The notes beneath the pieces are model-generated. The model did no database searches. It was not told the origin of the DNA and saw only the letters and a list, made by a program, of their open reading frames with translations. A stretch of 63,275 bases of DNA, counting the filler, from Choristocarpus tenellus KU-1152 (lineage: Eukaryota; Protista; Phaeophyceae), in the NCBI GenBank assembly GCA_964200185.2. It is 11 parts of 11 records of this genome, joined end to end, with 100 filler letters (N's around TTAATTAATTAA, not from the genome) between each part and the next. Parts side by side here need not be neighbours in the genome. Positions count along the whole stretch, not along the records: positions 1 to 4,365 come from CAXNAD020014891.1; positions 4,466 to 11,554 come from CAXNAD020006725.1; positions 11,655 to 18,785 come from CAXNAD020006639.1; 8 more parts are not named here. The stretch is one strand, 5' to 3'. Position numbers and translations under genes: made by a program. Within the stretch, counting starts at the first letter, position 1. The number at the start of each line of letters is the position of its first letter. Shown piece after piece: positions 1 through 12,993 of this stretch.

Positions 1-155
1 GGGGTGTCCACACCAGGGTGTCCATTTGGACCAAAATCAGTAAAAGTGCATTTACATTATCCGTCCGACGTATGCAACCAAACCACTCAACAATCGTGAC
101 ATGAAAAAATTGACCCCAACTGGACAGCTGCCACCCCCCCTAGATACTTTGAGTC
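1..155. mobile_element. MITE family B copy, abutting or nested in a family A copy (156-261)
   Basis: Homologous to 56010-56188; ends CCCCTAGATACTTTGAGTC. Confidence 0.8.
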
Positions 156-559
156 ACTCCTCAACATTTTGGAGTATGTAAATATCATAAAAAAAAGTGG
201 GAAGCCAAGCCCCAAATGGACAAACAGGACAAAACTCGTACCCTCTAAGGTACTTTCACTCCGCTGTAACCTCTTTGCAACGTTCACACCGTGACAAATA
301 CTCCAGTTGTTCTTGTGTTACTCCAAATAACACACGTACTTGATGAGTTATTGTCACTGGTGGGGTATATTAGATGCCATTGGATTTGTTTGTTTTGAGG
401 CAGTGGGCGATTATTTTGCGTTCTGAAACAGACCGAACTCCTCTCACCGAGACCAGAAACACATACAAATGGAGCTCTGCTTCCAGACGCCCACCATATC
501 GGCGAAGGAACAGCTCCAACATAAAGTCGTTCTTATCCATGGAGTGTGGGGTGAAAAAG

Positions 560-1380
560 GCAAAAGAACAGTTACCAACAGTATGTTGCAAGGGTTTACT
601 CATCGTGCTCTTGTCAAGCAAGGGTATTGAACTGCAGTCAATCTTAGGGCATGGATAAGGTTCGAGTTCATACTCTCTGTTGTGAAGAAGGGAATGGAGG
701 TTTTCATGGTACTGGTGCAGCTGTCAAGGTCAAGTTCGAGGTAGCATTTGTGAAAAAGATTATCGACTGAGTCGGGCCAGGAATTTTGGGTATGTTGAGG
801 GGCAAGTGTTACTTAGGACCGGCCAGTGTGTCCCAAAAAAACAAACCATGGGCTGGATCTGCTGCCCCTCAGAGTCATCTATAGCATCAGCGCGCTCTCT
901 CTCTTCCAGAATGAACCAGATTTCCCTATTCATAGCAACAGCAGGGGAGGGAATGGACAACAGGCTCAGCAGAGATTAAACCTTGCAGGGAAATGCTTTC
1001 TATTCTTATTTTCCACCCTAATACCTAGCTCAGTGTAAGGTGCCTGTGAGAGTCTCAGGCATTGCAAACGCAGCAGGCTCGGGCAGCACTAGTCCTGGTG
1101 AACGGGCCTAGAGTTTGGGTTTATGGCACACACCTGGTGAGCCACTGTAAGGATTTGATAGGTAGGGCCTGGACTGTTTTTGGCAGGTGAGACAGGAACT
1201 CTACGAGCACATTAGGCATGGCCCAGTTCTTGTCCACTGTGGATTTGATCTTCTTGTGCCAATGACTAACTGTTGGGTCTTCCTATGTGAGATGAGGATG
1301 AGGGGAAGGTACAGGCGGACCAGAATTGGGTAGTTGATTGATGAGAAGAAGGGGAAGAAATGGAAATAATAAATTGCACA
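560..1380 (-). mobile_element. Decayed LINE RT fragment
   Basis: A frameshifted KIPGP(D)S at ~770-790 resembles the LINE KAPGPDG motif. Composition is similar to the other LINE relics. Confidence 0.3.
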
Positions 1381-1860
1381 AATCTTCAATCAATAACCAA
1401 AATTTGTGCGGTGCCTATGCCACCGCCCCCCACCACCCCCAACTCTACTCCCTCGTATCCATTTTTTCTTTCCCTATCCTACATCTCTTACCCTCAGGAT
1501 GTATCCCAAGAACACAATAAAGAGGGTTCAGTGCGCCACATTTGTTAAAAAGAAGTAGTAGCAGCTGACATCCTGACATCCTCTAAATGGTCGGGATCCT
1601 GTCTTAGTTCCTACTCCAACCGCAATAGCACCCCTCCACTTCCACCCTCTTCTTGACATAATAATTTAGGGTTGAGGTTTGGGCTAGGTTGTTCCATTTA
1701 CCCCTGCCAGGTATTTGCCGGTCCCAAGAGCCCTCTGTTTGTCCACCAATTGCAAGTACTTTCCTACCCCTTTGCATGCAGGGCAACTAGCGAACCGTCT
1801 TCCCAGCTGCCACTGTAGCCGAATGAAGATGTGCCTGCTTTTTGTTTGGATATATATGCA

Positions 1861-2156
1861 GAGCCAAGGCTATTCAAGAGGGTAGGGGCCGCGTCCGTTC
1901 CGGGTCACATAAATCCAATGTTGCAATTTTCATGTAATTTTGGGTATTGTGTTTGCTAGCAAGTGTCAATGTCCTTACTCCGGACACACCTTTCATAGTC
2001 GTATGCATTTTACCCATTTTACTTTTACTCAGAAATCGGAAATATTCACACATTGCGTTTTACCTACGCAGAAAAGCGAAAAGGGGAAATAGAAAAATTG
2101 TGGGAAGCCAAGGCCTGAACAGACAAACAGGGCAAAACTCTTAATTGCTTTGGCTC
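1861..2156. mobile_element. MITE family A diverged copy
   Basis: Internal homology (aatccaatgttg, ggacacacctttcatag, gtgggaagccaag); GAGCCAA...TTGGCTC ends. Confidence 0.75.
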
Positions 2157-2597
2157 AGATGCATATGGAGTATGTCTATATAATGAGTACACAGTCAGTA
2201 AACAAGGCCAAGGACTTGATAGGGAGAATTGGAAACACTTGTTGTTGGAAGAATTTGTGAGTGTACAGGTGAGTGGGTAGGCTAGTTAATGTCTGTGTGA
2301 GCCAAGTCAAGAACTTGAAAAAAATATAGTGAGTAGGGCTGAATAACTAGCTCTATAGAGGGGAGTATGGGGTGGTATGCACTAAATCAACAAAAAAAGC
2401 TTACATATATGCTGATGTAGCAAAATATATTTTGTGATAAATGTATGCATATACATATATATATATGCTGTATTGAACCAGTAGGGTACGTTTTGCTTCA
2501 ACCTACGGTGACGGCCTTCTCATAAACCACTTTTTTTTTATAGAGCTTCTTGTTGCTATTGTCACTACTGATGCAGGCTGGCAGTCTTGGCATCACT

Positions 2598-2855
2598 GAG
2601 TGAAAGTATCTTAGAGGGTACGAGTTTTGCCCTGTTTGTCTATTTGGGGCTTGACTTTCCTCGAGGTTTATTATGACATTTTCCTACTCCAAAATATTTC
2701 GGAGTAGGTAAATGTGTATGTTATGAAAAGGTGTGTCCAGAACAAGGATATATTAACTTCCTAACAAGTACGATAGACAAAATTACATCAAAATTACAAC
2801 ATTGGGTTTTGGTCCCCAAATGGACGTGGCTCTACCCTCTAAGATACTTTGACTC
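2598..2855. mobile_element. MITE family A, full copy with TIRs and 3-bp TSD (ACT)
   Basis: Termini GAGTGAAAGTATCTTAGAGGGTA and TACCCTCTAAGATACTTTGACTC, flanked by ACT on both sides. Other copies lie at 156-261, 1861-2156, 3731-4007, 10596-10813, 12881-12993, 45094-45375 and 45762-45831. Confidence 0.88.
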
Positions 2856-3730
2856 ACTGACACGTGCTATATCATTATTGATATTCTTATTTACAAATAG
2901 ATACCAATATCACGCTGTTATATATTATTAATATTACTGGCATTCTTATATTTGTAATTTAGTATGAAAAATGTACAGCTAGTAAAAATATTCCTAATAA
3001 AACGCACTTCGTTTACATTATTGTCTAGTGATCAGCATTAGACTCTTTCCAAGCGCCCTGTGCTTGGTGCTTAAGAGAGCAGCACTCATGACGCCTTGAG
3101 AAAGACGTCCAACAACTTGAGGACAGAGATTCCAACCGACTTTTCAGGGGCTCATCACAAAAGAAGAAAAATTAAAAGTGCTAGAGTGTTATTTTGTAAC
3201 CTGTCACAATGGGCGATACTTCAGCTGGCAGTATTGCTGCCCCTCGGAGTTCAAAAGGTGGGCCAATTATTTTAGCTAAAAACTGAAGCACAAAAAAAGA
3301 GAGAAAGTAAAGGAGAGGCACTCAGGTATTGACGGTCTTGCATACCAAGTTTGTTTTTTCAATATCTTTTGGGATTCACCCTTGTTTCTACGGATGGAGT
3401 TCTAAGGTTTGACCTGAGAGTGTTTGTTTCTCGACTGCTTGAAACTTTGTAGTGACACACACAGTACAGAAAACATCCTTTGCACATTTCTAAAAAAGAG
3501 CCCGATTGTTTGTACACGTAGCTGTCAGCACCCTTAGAATGCAACTCTTGGTAGCCCTCGCTTGCTTTGGCTGTAAGTTTGATCGAGACAAACAACGTGA
3601 TAGTGGAAGGGTGAGAGGTTGCCGCGTGTTTGAACTGACCCTGTCTGTACGTCAAACGTTCTTCAACAAGAACCTATGATTCCTTCCTCGGTATTTGATC
3701 AGGAGTATATATATGCTTTGTATCAAACAC

Positions 3731-4007
3731 AAGTCGAAGCTTCTTAGATGGCAGAGCCGCGTTCGTTTGGGGTCCAAAATCCAATGTTGTGATTTTGATG
3801 CAATTTTGATGCAATTTTGGCTATCATGTTATTTAGGTAGGATGTGTCAATATTCTTGCCCCGGACACACCTTTTCATAGTTGTATACGTTTTCCTACTC
3901 CGAAACGTTTTGGAGTAGGAACATGTCATAAAAAAACTCGTGGGAAGCCAAGCCCCAAATGGAGAAGCAGGGGAAAAAAGCTCATACCCTCTAAGATACT
4001 TTCACTT
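3731..4007. mobile_element. MITE family A copy (inverted)
   Basis: Homologous to 2598-2855; ends TACCCTCTAAGATACTTTCACT. Confidence 0.85.
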
Positions 4008-4365
4008 GCATACTTCCCAAAACATGCATTGCCACACTTTGACAAGTGTGTAAGAACAGATAAACAGCAATGGTTTGATCCTCAAGTCGATAGTCAGTCA
4101 TACGGCTGCTTTGTTTTGGAGTGGGATCGAGGAAGGGATCCTCTCTGTCTTTGACGACATAGCCTTCTTCTCCTGGCCCTGTGGCATTATCCTATATGTT
4201 GATGATGCAGTACACACCTGGAGATCTGTTTCACGCAGCCATCCTGGAGGTCCCACAGTCCATCATCATTGGCAAGAGTCTGCACGCAAGATTCCTCCGT
4301 CACCACGACGGGCTTGGTTTTGCTGGGGCGGGGCGGGGCGGGGCAGGATGGGGGGGGGGGGGGGG

Positions 4366-4465
4366 NNNNNNNNNNNNNNNNNNNNNNNNNNNNNNNNNNN
4401 NNNNNNNNNTTAATTAATTAANNNNNNNNNNNNNNNNNNNNNNNNNNNNNNNNNNNNNNNNNNNN
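4366..4465. other. Artificial contig linker N44-TTAATTAATTAA-N44 (also 11555-11654, 18786-18885, 25810-25909, 37454-37553, 45832-45931, 48698-48797, 52030-52129, 55910-56009, 59986-60085)
   Basis: Ten identical 100-nt spacers, each with a stop codon in all six frames. Confidence 0.98.
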
Positions 4466-6262
4466 CATTATTTACTTTTTTTTGTTTTTTGTTTTTGTTG
4501 CTGGTTAAAATCAGAATTGTTTTTCCAACAATTCTGCTGGGGGGGGTAGTGAAGAGGCAGCCAGTGACAGAGGAGAGACGTGTTTTTGTACTGCAATTAC
4601 CTATTAACAACACTTGATAGGCGGGAAGGGTTGAAGGTAGAAGTTAATGGGTGTTATCGGTGTCGTAATGTAAGATTTTTTATTTGCCAACCACCACCAT
4701 GTCCTTTTTTATATATTTTGGTACACATTATTTATATATTATTTGTACATTCTGGCAAACTAGCTGTTAGTTTTTTGTGTCTTGCAGTAGTTGGCATTAT
4801 TTACTTTTTTTTGTTTTTTGTTTTTGTTGCTGGTTAAAATCAGAATTGTTTTTCCAACAATTCTGCTGGGGGGGGATGGATTAATGGGTGGGATGATAAT
4901 ATGTTTGCTTCTTGAAGAATGCTACAGTAGCGATAGATGTGGTTGGTTTGGGGAAGGAAGGAAGGAAGGAAGGTGTTATCATTGTGCTCCAGAGCATTTT
5001 TTTTACTCTGTGGTGCTCCATCCAAACCTGAGTCATGGAGGGAGTGTCTCTTGTGTGTGTGTGTGCAAGCAAGGAAGAGAGTATCCATGCTGTTTAGAGT
5101 TTTTTTCCCCTGGCAGTGCTTAGGAGGATGGGTGCCTAGTGGAATAGATGTTTTTGTAGGGTGATGCTGTGCTGTTGGATGTGTGGGGTGTTTGACTTGG
5201 TCTTGGACAGTCTTGAAAGGGGCATGTGTGTGTGTGTGAGTGTGTGTGTGTATTCTTTTACCACCCATAGTCCATCATTCGGATAGTAGTGATTTGTCCC
5301 GTGAAATGGTTGGAATGTGGGATCGTGAGGGGAGATGTGATGGAAAGTTGGTGGATTTGTAGAGAGAGAGAGAGGTGAGGTGAGAAGGATAGCCTCTACA
5401 TTGAAGGCGAACATTGGGAATTGATGGGCAAAGGAGTATGGTGACTAGTGGGCTTAATAGCAAGTAGACGGGTCATAAAGGGGGTGTTGTGTGTTTTTTG
5501 GGGGTGGGGGAGAAGAGTGTGTTGAGGAAAAGTGTCTTGAGTAGTAAACTACAGTGTACGATAGGTGTTGTGTACTTCCCTCTAAGGAGATTGGATGCCA
5601 CATGTTCAGAGTCATGGATTAATCTTATAGTGCAGGTACTAGTAATTATGGTACCAGTATTGCCCTTGTTCATGGACTCTCATTTTGTCCCCCTCTGCCC
5701 ATCACTCACACTGGTGGCCCAGGTGGCGGGGGAAGGATAAGCTGGTCTGTGACTACTGCAGTGGGGACATCTTTCAGATATGGGAGCAGGACAGGGCCAG
5801 GGTAAGAGGTGCCAGGCCTTGTCCTAAGGGAGGGGAAGGGAGGGGGGGCAATGCAAAACCATATAGTATCAAAGGCGCCAGGTTGCTGGTTGTTTTTGTA
5901 GGGGAGATTGTGCTTTATGGTGCAGTTTGGTGAAATATGTGTTCGGCTTATTCTTTGGAGAAGAATTGGAGGCGCGTTAGATGTGAGGTTGTGTGGGGGT
6001 GCCAGTATTAAGATATACCCCAACTTCGGAACTGTTACAGTTTGAAATGTTTTTTTGTGTGTGTGTGTTTGGAACTGGAGGACTTATCTGGTGATTGTGG
6101 GTGGTATCGGTGCATTGGTCTTTTGTGGTTGAATGGATTGTATCTGCATAGGAATCTATCTGCCAGTGTGTTGGGATGAATCTGGTTTTTTTTTTGTGTG
6201 CATCCTGTGAGAGTATGTTGGAACATCGTGACAATTAGGTGCTGTGACTGGGGTGCTTGCAT

Positions 6263-6385
6263 GTATACTATGTGATGCTCAGGATCTGATTGTTTTTCTA
6301 TTGTTGGTCTGGAGTTGTTGCCATGTACTATGTGATGCCCAGGATCTGATTGTTTTTCTATTGTTGGTCTGGAGCTGTTGCCTCA
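6263..6385. repeat. 60-bp tandem duplication
   Basis: tactatgtgatgc.caggatctgattgtttttctattgttggtctggag.tgttgcc x2. Confidence 0.9.
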
Positions 6386-6654
6386 GGGTTGTATCGTGAA
6401 TTGCATGCAACAGTCAAGGTTTCCGCTTTGCTGCAAACACCCTGGCTGCCCTCACCCTTGCCCTTGTCATTGCCCACCTGCCCAAGGAACCATGGCAGTA
6501 GTAGGGGCTGAAGTAGTGTGTGCATCTCACTTGCCCAACTTGCATCTCCCTCTGAACGCACTCGAAAAAATCAGTTGTTGATTGTAATCAGAGGTGTTGG
6601 TGCTGCTGCTTACCTATGTATGTTGCCCCTTAAGTCAAAGCAATTGAGAGGTAG

Positions 6655-6805
6655 GCAAGGTTGCATTTTAAGGATCCTGAAAACGGTGAAAATGACACCA
6701 TTTTGTACAGTTGCAGAAAGAGCCTTAGCTTGATTGTGGTGTCATTTTGTGTGTGGAAAGGGAGAATATCAATTTTGCACCCACTATTGTGCACATAGAG
6801 CAATG
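6655..6805. repeat. Interspersed repeat family F (~150 bp)
   Basis: ggttgcatttaaggatcctga...gtgtggaaagggagaatatcaattttg..cactattgtgc; also at 50415-50560 and inverted at ~15145-15285. Confidence 0.8.
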
Positions 6806-9800
6806 CAATTAGAGTGCATCCTTTTCTTTTAGTGACATGTCCCATTGGGGGGTTAGTTGTTTGAGTATGGGCATGTAAGTCGAAAATATTTACTTACCTC
6901 GATTGTCACGCCCAACTCAATGCCTAGCATGAACCTCAACTCACACTCCCCTTTACCCTTCACCCTTACAGGGTGTGAGCACGATAGTCAGGACTTGGGG
7001 AGGACAGATGACAGCTGATCCCACGATTGTGTGACCTTGGTCTTGTGTTGAGTGTATACTGTATACCTCTGATGCTAGGGATGTCTGGTGGAAGAAGATA
7101 CATACCCTCCTATCCTACCCTCCTATCCTCCATTCTGCACCCTAACTTCACGCACTAAAGGATGCAGTATGTGTCTGTGGAAGATAGGGGGGGGGGGGGA
7201 ATACTCTCTCTGGCCTTGATTGAAAACAGTCCAGGGGTCACTTGTTGGGAAGTGATTGGAAACTCTCTGTATGGGTTTTGGGCGTGCTCTGGGTGAGCTT
7301 TGGGTGCTCTGGGTGCTCCTTTAGCATTACCCTGGCTCCCGGTACTTTCTATTGCCTGAATGTAGAAGGATGCATAGGTATGGGTTGTCACAACTCAACG
7401 AACTGTTTCTTGATGGCATGTAGAGGGTTTGGTTGACTTGTCGAGAACAGGCAGGAAAGGTAGAGGAGAATCAGGAGCTGAGTAGACGAAAAATATTTTT
7501 GGACTGCAGTAGGTCCTAGTTTGGAATTTCCTGTTCGTGAGGGTGGCAGGTTGGAAGTGATGTAGATGTGGGATGAGGATGAGTGAGTTGTAATGGGACC
7601 TGTTGTAATGTTGTCTCCTGGCTCAATTCTTGGTAACTCTTGTTTTTTGTAGCATATATTTTGTGTGTGTCAAGTCGTCAAGAGGTACTGTACCCTATGT
7701 AGGTATCCCTGTTGCTTTCGGTCTGGTTATGGTAGTGACAGGACATCCTATCCATCAGCAGGAAGAGAATTGGGAGAGGGCGGGGATAAATACACTATAT
7801 TCCTCTTGTTGAGCATGGATTTCCCCCTGCCTGGACTTAGGAATGACCGGATACTTCTATAGCTTAATTCGTTTCTGGTGGGACCACACTTGTTATCGCA
7901 TCCTATTTTACAGCCAACCATCCTTTGCATGTATGTGTGCATAGCATGTGATGTTTAAATATGGTAGGTATATGTGTGCGGTGGTATGCCTGTGTGCCTG
8001 CTTGTGTGTTTGAGCCCATGCTACACGTTTTGTGTCCTCTCCCCATTGAAATTTCATTTGCATTTGGAAATTCGCAAGACACTTTAGTTGGTGATTAGCA
8101 CTTGAGGTGGAGTGACCAAGACTGGTGGTGATGTGTCGGGCATTCAGTCAACCAGAGGACATGTAGTGTGTACATACATGGATATAGTGGGTTTTGATAA
8201 GACTTCAACTGACATTAATAAATAGTATTAACACTCCTCTCTGCTTGTCAAAAGTGTGGGCCATACGGATTGTAATTTAATTGCATGCGTTACCTCTTTC
8301 TCTTCCTGGAAAGGGCTAGAATGGGGACGTGATGACTGAGTGAAGACTGTAAAGATGGGTAAGGGCTGGTAGGGTTGGAAGAAGGTTAGGCAAGGGACTT
8401 GAATTGAGCATGGATTGAGTTCAGTGAGCGGTGATTAGTGCAGAGAGTAGTATGCATAATTTAGATTATGATGGCAAGGAGGAAGATTGAGAACAGGTGG
8501 GAACGGGTAATATGCAACTGTATTAACACAGAATGATCTGTCCTGAGCGCACTACTACTAGTAGTAGTTCAATACAGAAGGGGATAATATGCACCACAAT
8601 ATTTCTCATTCTAAACTAGAAGTACAGAGTGTTGCACTACGACTAATTGTATTGCATCTGTTCCTGCCTTGCTTCTCCCATGTTGGGTTGACAGCACCCC
8701 CACTGCCTGCCCAGTCTTTCTCCTTGAATCTTGTACCTGACCCGCCTCAAAATTTTCACCTCGATCTTGGTTTGGCATTATTGTGATGTAACTGGAGATG
8801 GGAACATTGTGCTTGCTGTGCGAAATTGGAAGAATCGAAACCAGATTTCTTTGTAAAGGAGTCTGGTTTCAAAGGAGTTCAAACCCACGACATTCATGCA
8901 GGGAATAGTCACCTTAAACACAAAGCCACAAGAACACTAACAAAAACCCCACGTTGAAACAATGCACCCCAAAAAATTTAAGCACTACTCCATTCCACCT
9001 CGAAAGTTCACCCTTCCTTGCGCAATTAAAAAACCCTGCGCTTTACTCTGCAATATTACTGCCCCATCGACAGAGCCTTAATCCCTTATTTACTATTTTG
9101 GGCGGTGATATAGAAGACATCACCAGAATAGTGTAAGCTGTGGTCATTTTAGAGCTCTGCCCACTCCTTTTTTAATCGGTCTCGATCCCATGCCATTAAC
9201 ATCATCATATCATTTCAATTCTGATCGCTCTTTCACCAGTATGTACTCCGGAGTATTACATATAGTGCAAAACAACAGCAGTGTATATACATAGAGGGCA
9301 GGCGGGGTAGTTGCCACCTTTTTCGCAGCACCCCCCTCCAAGTTGGATAAGGCACTTAGTGCAACCTTTTGAGGACTGCACTGTTGCACCAAAAAAGTAG
9401 AGCGTGGCAAGGCTAAATCAGTGCGGCTGTAGCCATAATTACTGACTGAGAGTTCGTTCCAAGTCTGGAAGAAGAGTCGTTTGGAAATACGGACTACTAG
9501 CTAGGTTCCTACTGGATTTTCCTGCCCACCTTTAGAAACATGATGCATAGCTGACTGTCCGGAGTTAGTGAGGCACCCAAGGTGGCTTGTAATATATGTT
9601 CAAATATAAGAAGATTTCATTGGAGTAACAAGAAAGGAAGGAACTTAAATTGTACTTTAAGCATTGTAGTACTTGTTAATTGCTGACCAGAAAACAAGAA
9701 ATCTGGAATGTTTGCACGCAGTGGACACTGGAGCAATGACCGCATCTTTCTTGCCAATCTTGGTGCACATCACACATTTGCTGCACCGTTGTACTCGAAT

Positions 9801-10595
9801 CTTCACAGCTGGCAGTGTTCACTGCCTTCGCCTCACCTCCTACCATACACATCTATTCATCGCATGTAACACCTGGCTGTTGGTAGCTTGGGTGGTCAGG
9901 TTTCTTCTCCCAATCAAATCATCACCAGTAGTCTCCCGAGCGAGAGAGTGGGGAAGAGGGGGGTGCAACCCACATTCTCTACACCACATTCTCACTTGCT
10001 CTAGTGGTCTGCTGTAGAATGCAATGAATTATGCTCCAAGCTTGGATAAGATTCAACAGCATGAAGGGATGTATTGTGTCTAACAACAATACTAATGACA
10101 ACAAAAATATAGATCATAGTGATACCTACTTCGAAGAGTAGAACCATTAATACTGTAAACTCGAGCTCCTCAGACAGAGGTGAAAGCGACTTTGGAAACA
10201 CCCAAGGGGTATAATTTTCAGCCAAGATGAACTTGATTGATTGGGTTACTACAACTGAATCCAGACCCATTTTTACGTCCACCAAAACAGAGTCCCACCC
10301 TGGAGTATGCATACCAGACAATTGTTCACTACTCCTTAGAATAACTTATCGTACAGGAGGAGGAGACACAACAGGTTCTTGAAGAACAAAAGGTCTAATA
10401 TGCTAGAACTCCGGTATGCTCAAAGAATGGGCGAACTTCGGCCTTTCTTTCTTAATGGATGGTCCACCAAATCGAGGTGGTACAGATTAGATTTGGGCAT
10501 AAGATAGGGTTAGATAAACAAGTGTAGTGGGTGAAGAGAACCAATACCTTGTGGTCGTAGAAGCTAGAAAATTGTGCATGTTGCTTAAGCATGTG

Positions 10596-10813
10596 ATCTA
10601 CAGCATTTAAGAGGTTAGGGTCATGTCCGTTCGGGATCATAAATCCGATGTTGTGATTTTGATTAATTTTGGCTATTGTGTTTGTTAGCAAGTATAAATA
10701 TCCTTGCTTTGGACACACCTTTCATATCCGAGAAAGGGCATAAAAACCCGTGGAAAGCCAAGTCCTGAACGGACAACCCGGGCAAACTCCTACCCTCTTA
10801 AATGTTTTGAGTC
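10596..10813. mobile_element. MITE family A diverged copy
   Basis: Same internal blocks; ends taccctcttaaatgttttgagtc. Confidence 0.75.
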
Positions 10814-11654
10814 GATGGAGTGTGTGTGAGGTGTTGATTGACAATCTGTGTTAGAGCAGGTAGTCTTTGTAATACAGACAACGAACAAGGGGTGCACACC
10901 ACAAATCTACTACGCGTTACAACGCATTATTACAATGGACAGTTCCATATATTTAGTTACAGATATATATATATATATATATATCTGTACATGGACACAT
11001 ACACTTCAAAATAGACTAAACACTTCTTAGAGCTGAGCGATATGCAGGTGTTTGCCTACTGTCTTCTTGTCAATCAAACATAGCTCACTGTCCCTCCCAA
11101 AATAATGGATGTGACATACTGAGGCAAACCGTTTGTAACAAGTCGATTTGAGTTGCAGTATAGCTGAACAGTTGAATTTCACCAAAACCTCCATCCACAT
11201 GAATTGCATATGTTTGAATTTTTCGATTTGAACAGCAGACAGTGAAGCAGTAAGTCTTGGTCAGTATCTTCAAAGATCATGGTTGGAAGAATCGAATTTG
11301 TTTCATCGACCGGTGAGGGTAGTAACCTTGGTAATGAGGAATTGACTGACAAAGTAATGCAACTATCATTGGTTCCTGAATGACTCTATACTAGAGGTCT
11401 ACCAGGCAAATTCTCTACAGGATTGCCCTCTTTCTTTGCTGCAGATGGCTATACTCTAAGTTCATCTTGGGATAGTTCCAAAGTGTTGCAATGACTGTTG
11501 CCCCCCCAGGTGGGACTTCTCCCTTCATCTCAATACCTGATTCCTCACCCCCCCNNNNNNNNNNNNNNNNNNNNNNNNNNNNNNNNNNNNNNNNNNNNTT
11601 AATTAATTAANNNNNNNNNNNNNNNNNNNNNNNNNNNNNNNNNNNNNNNNNNNN

Positions 11655-11714
11655 AGCAATCTCGCCAGGTTTATCACCTTTATGTTCTTTGATGATTTTG
11701 GGGATACTTTAACA
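11655..11714 (+). mobile_element. 3' end of copia LTR, same family as 19385-19652
   Basis: agcaatctcgccaggtttatcacctttat...tttaaca matches 19593-19652. Confidence 0.8.
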
Positions 11715-12621
11715 CCTTCCTCTGTGACTTTTTGACCCTTAGGCTGCAGTCTTTTTGCTCATAGAATATTACTCTGTACATACTTAGACAGCTTTGCTCC
11801 TTCATACTGATAAGTTATCTGAAATTTTGTGGACATATTTTTCCAAGTTTGTTAAGTACCAGTTGGCTTATGTTTAACAGACCCTGTTCTTTTTTCCAGT
11901 TCAATAATGTTTTACTGAGACCAAAAAAATATTTTTCGTTGAATAGCTTGTCCCTTGAGCCTTTTTTGATCGATTGTACTTTCTCCAAAATCTAAGGAAT
12001 ACCTCACTCTACATTTTGTTTAATTCTTTTATGTGGCTCCAAGCTATATTGGATGTCGGTAATAATTTCAAATCGATGTTTGAAGGAGTGAGAAGTATTA
12101 ATAAAATATTACGAAGTGTAGGTTAGAAAAATTACGACCAAGTTAGGATTTCTTTACAAAACCCATTAAGCTACCTTACGCAAGGAAAAAAAAAAAGAGG
12201 AATTATTGAAATAGACTTAGTTGAAAATCAAAGTAAAGCTGAGCTTTAATGACAAAGAGGACAACAGGCAAATATATTCTAGCGAGGAAATCTCCTCCTG
12301 TCACTGTTGGGAGTATGAGCATGGTAGCATAGATACATAATATGTGAATATTTGGTATGGATACTATTACTGGGAACATCATATATAAGTGGTAATTGCT
12401 CGAGAGTATGTAGGATGACGTCAGCTGTGCGAAATACGTCGATGACAACTTGGTCAATAGGTACTGACTCCACAGTAATAAATACAGATACAAACTACAT
12501 CCTTCATTGATCTAATACGTTTCAAATATACGAAACGAAAAGGTAACAAAAAACTTTTACTGTCTCTTTTCAATATGTAATCGTATGCTGTTCGATATTC
12601 CTTTTGTTCATTTAACACAAT

Positions 12622-12815
12622 TAACAGCAGATTTCAAAAATTGATTACAAAAAAAAACATATCGACACTTTCTCCCAGTCAATTTTGGGTCAAGCCCATC
12701 CTCAATGAAAAGCCCCATTCTCATTTTTTCTAATTTTNNNNNNNNNNCAGTCAATTTTGGGTCAAGCCCATCCTCAATGAAAAGCTCCATCCTCAATTTT
12801 TGAAATCTGCTGTTA
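12622..12815. mobile_element. Foldback MITE family D copy (contains a 10-N gap)
   Basis: TAACAGCAGATTTCAAAAATTG...CAATTTTTGAAATCTGCTGTTA. Confidence 0.8.
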
Positions 12816-12880
12816 ATTGTCAACAGAAAGAGAAATCGCCGAAACTCAAGAACAGCTTTTTGTCGTCTCTACTATTTTTA

Positions 12881-12993
12881 GAGTCAAAGTATATTCTTAG
12901 AGGGTAGAGCCGCGTCCATTTGGGTGTCAAAATACAATGTTGTGATTTTGATGTAATTTTGGCTATCGTGTACCCTCTAAGATAGTCTCACTC
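12881..12993. mobile_element. MITE family A internally deleted copy
   Basis: GAGTCAAAGTATATTCTTAGAGGGTA...TACCCTCTAAGATAGTCTCACTC. Confidence 0.78.

Larger units (their letters stand above)
4900..8500 (-). mobile_element. Heavily decayed LINE-like relic(s)
   Basis: Strong G/T skew on the + strand. Minus-strand remnants include GAFDTIW (~5870) and CP..MFAFNVEAIL (~5400), resembling the RT motifs AFD and PLSPLLF. Boundaries are approximate. Confidence 0.4.

Noticed and set aside
4075-4330. Coding-looking minus-strand segment at a contig end
   Set aside because: It has a stop in the longest frame, the implied intron is very short, and no motif was recognised.
4410-4421. Recurring TTAATTAATTAA palindrome as a biological motif
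   Set aside because: It is always centred in exactly 100-nt N spacers, so it is an assembly linker.
4466-4876. ~80-bp direct repeat (4466-4545 versus 4796-4876) as LTRs or a TSD
   Set aside because: It starts exactly at a contig edge and ends at a G-run, with no TG...CA ends. It is likely an assembly artefact or a local duplication.
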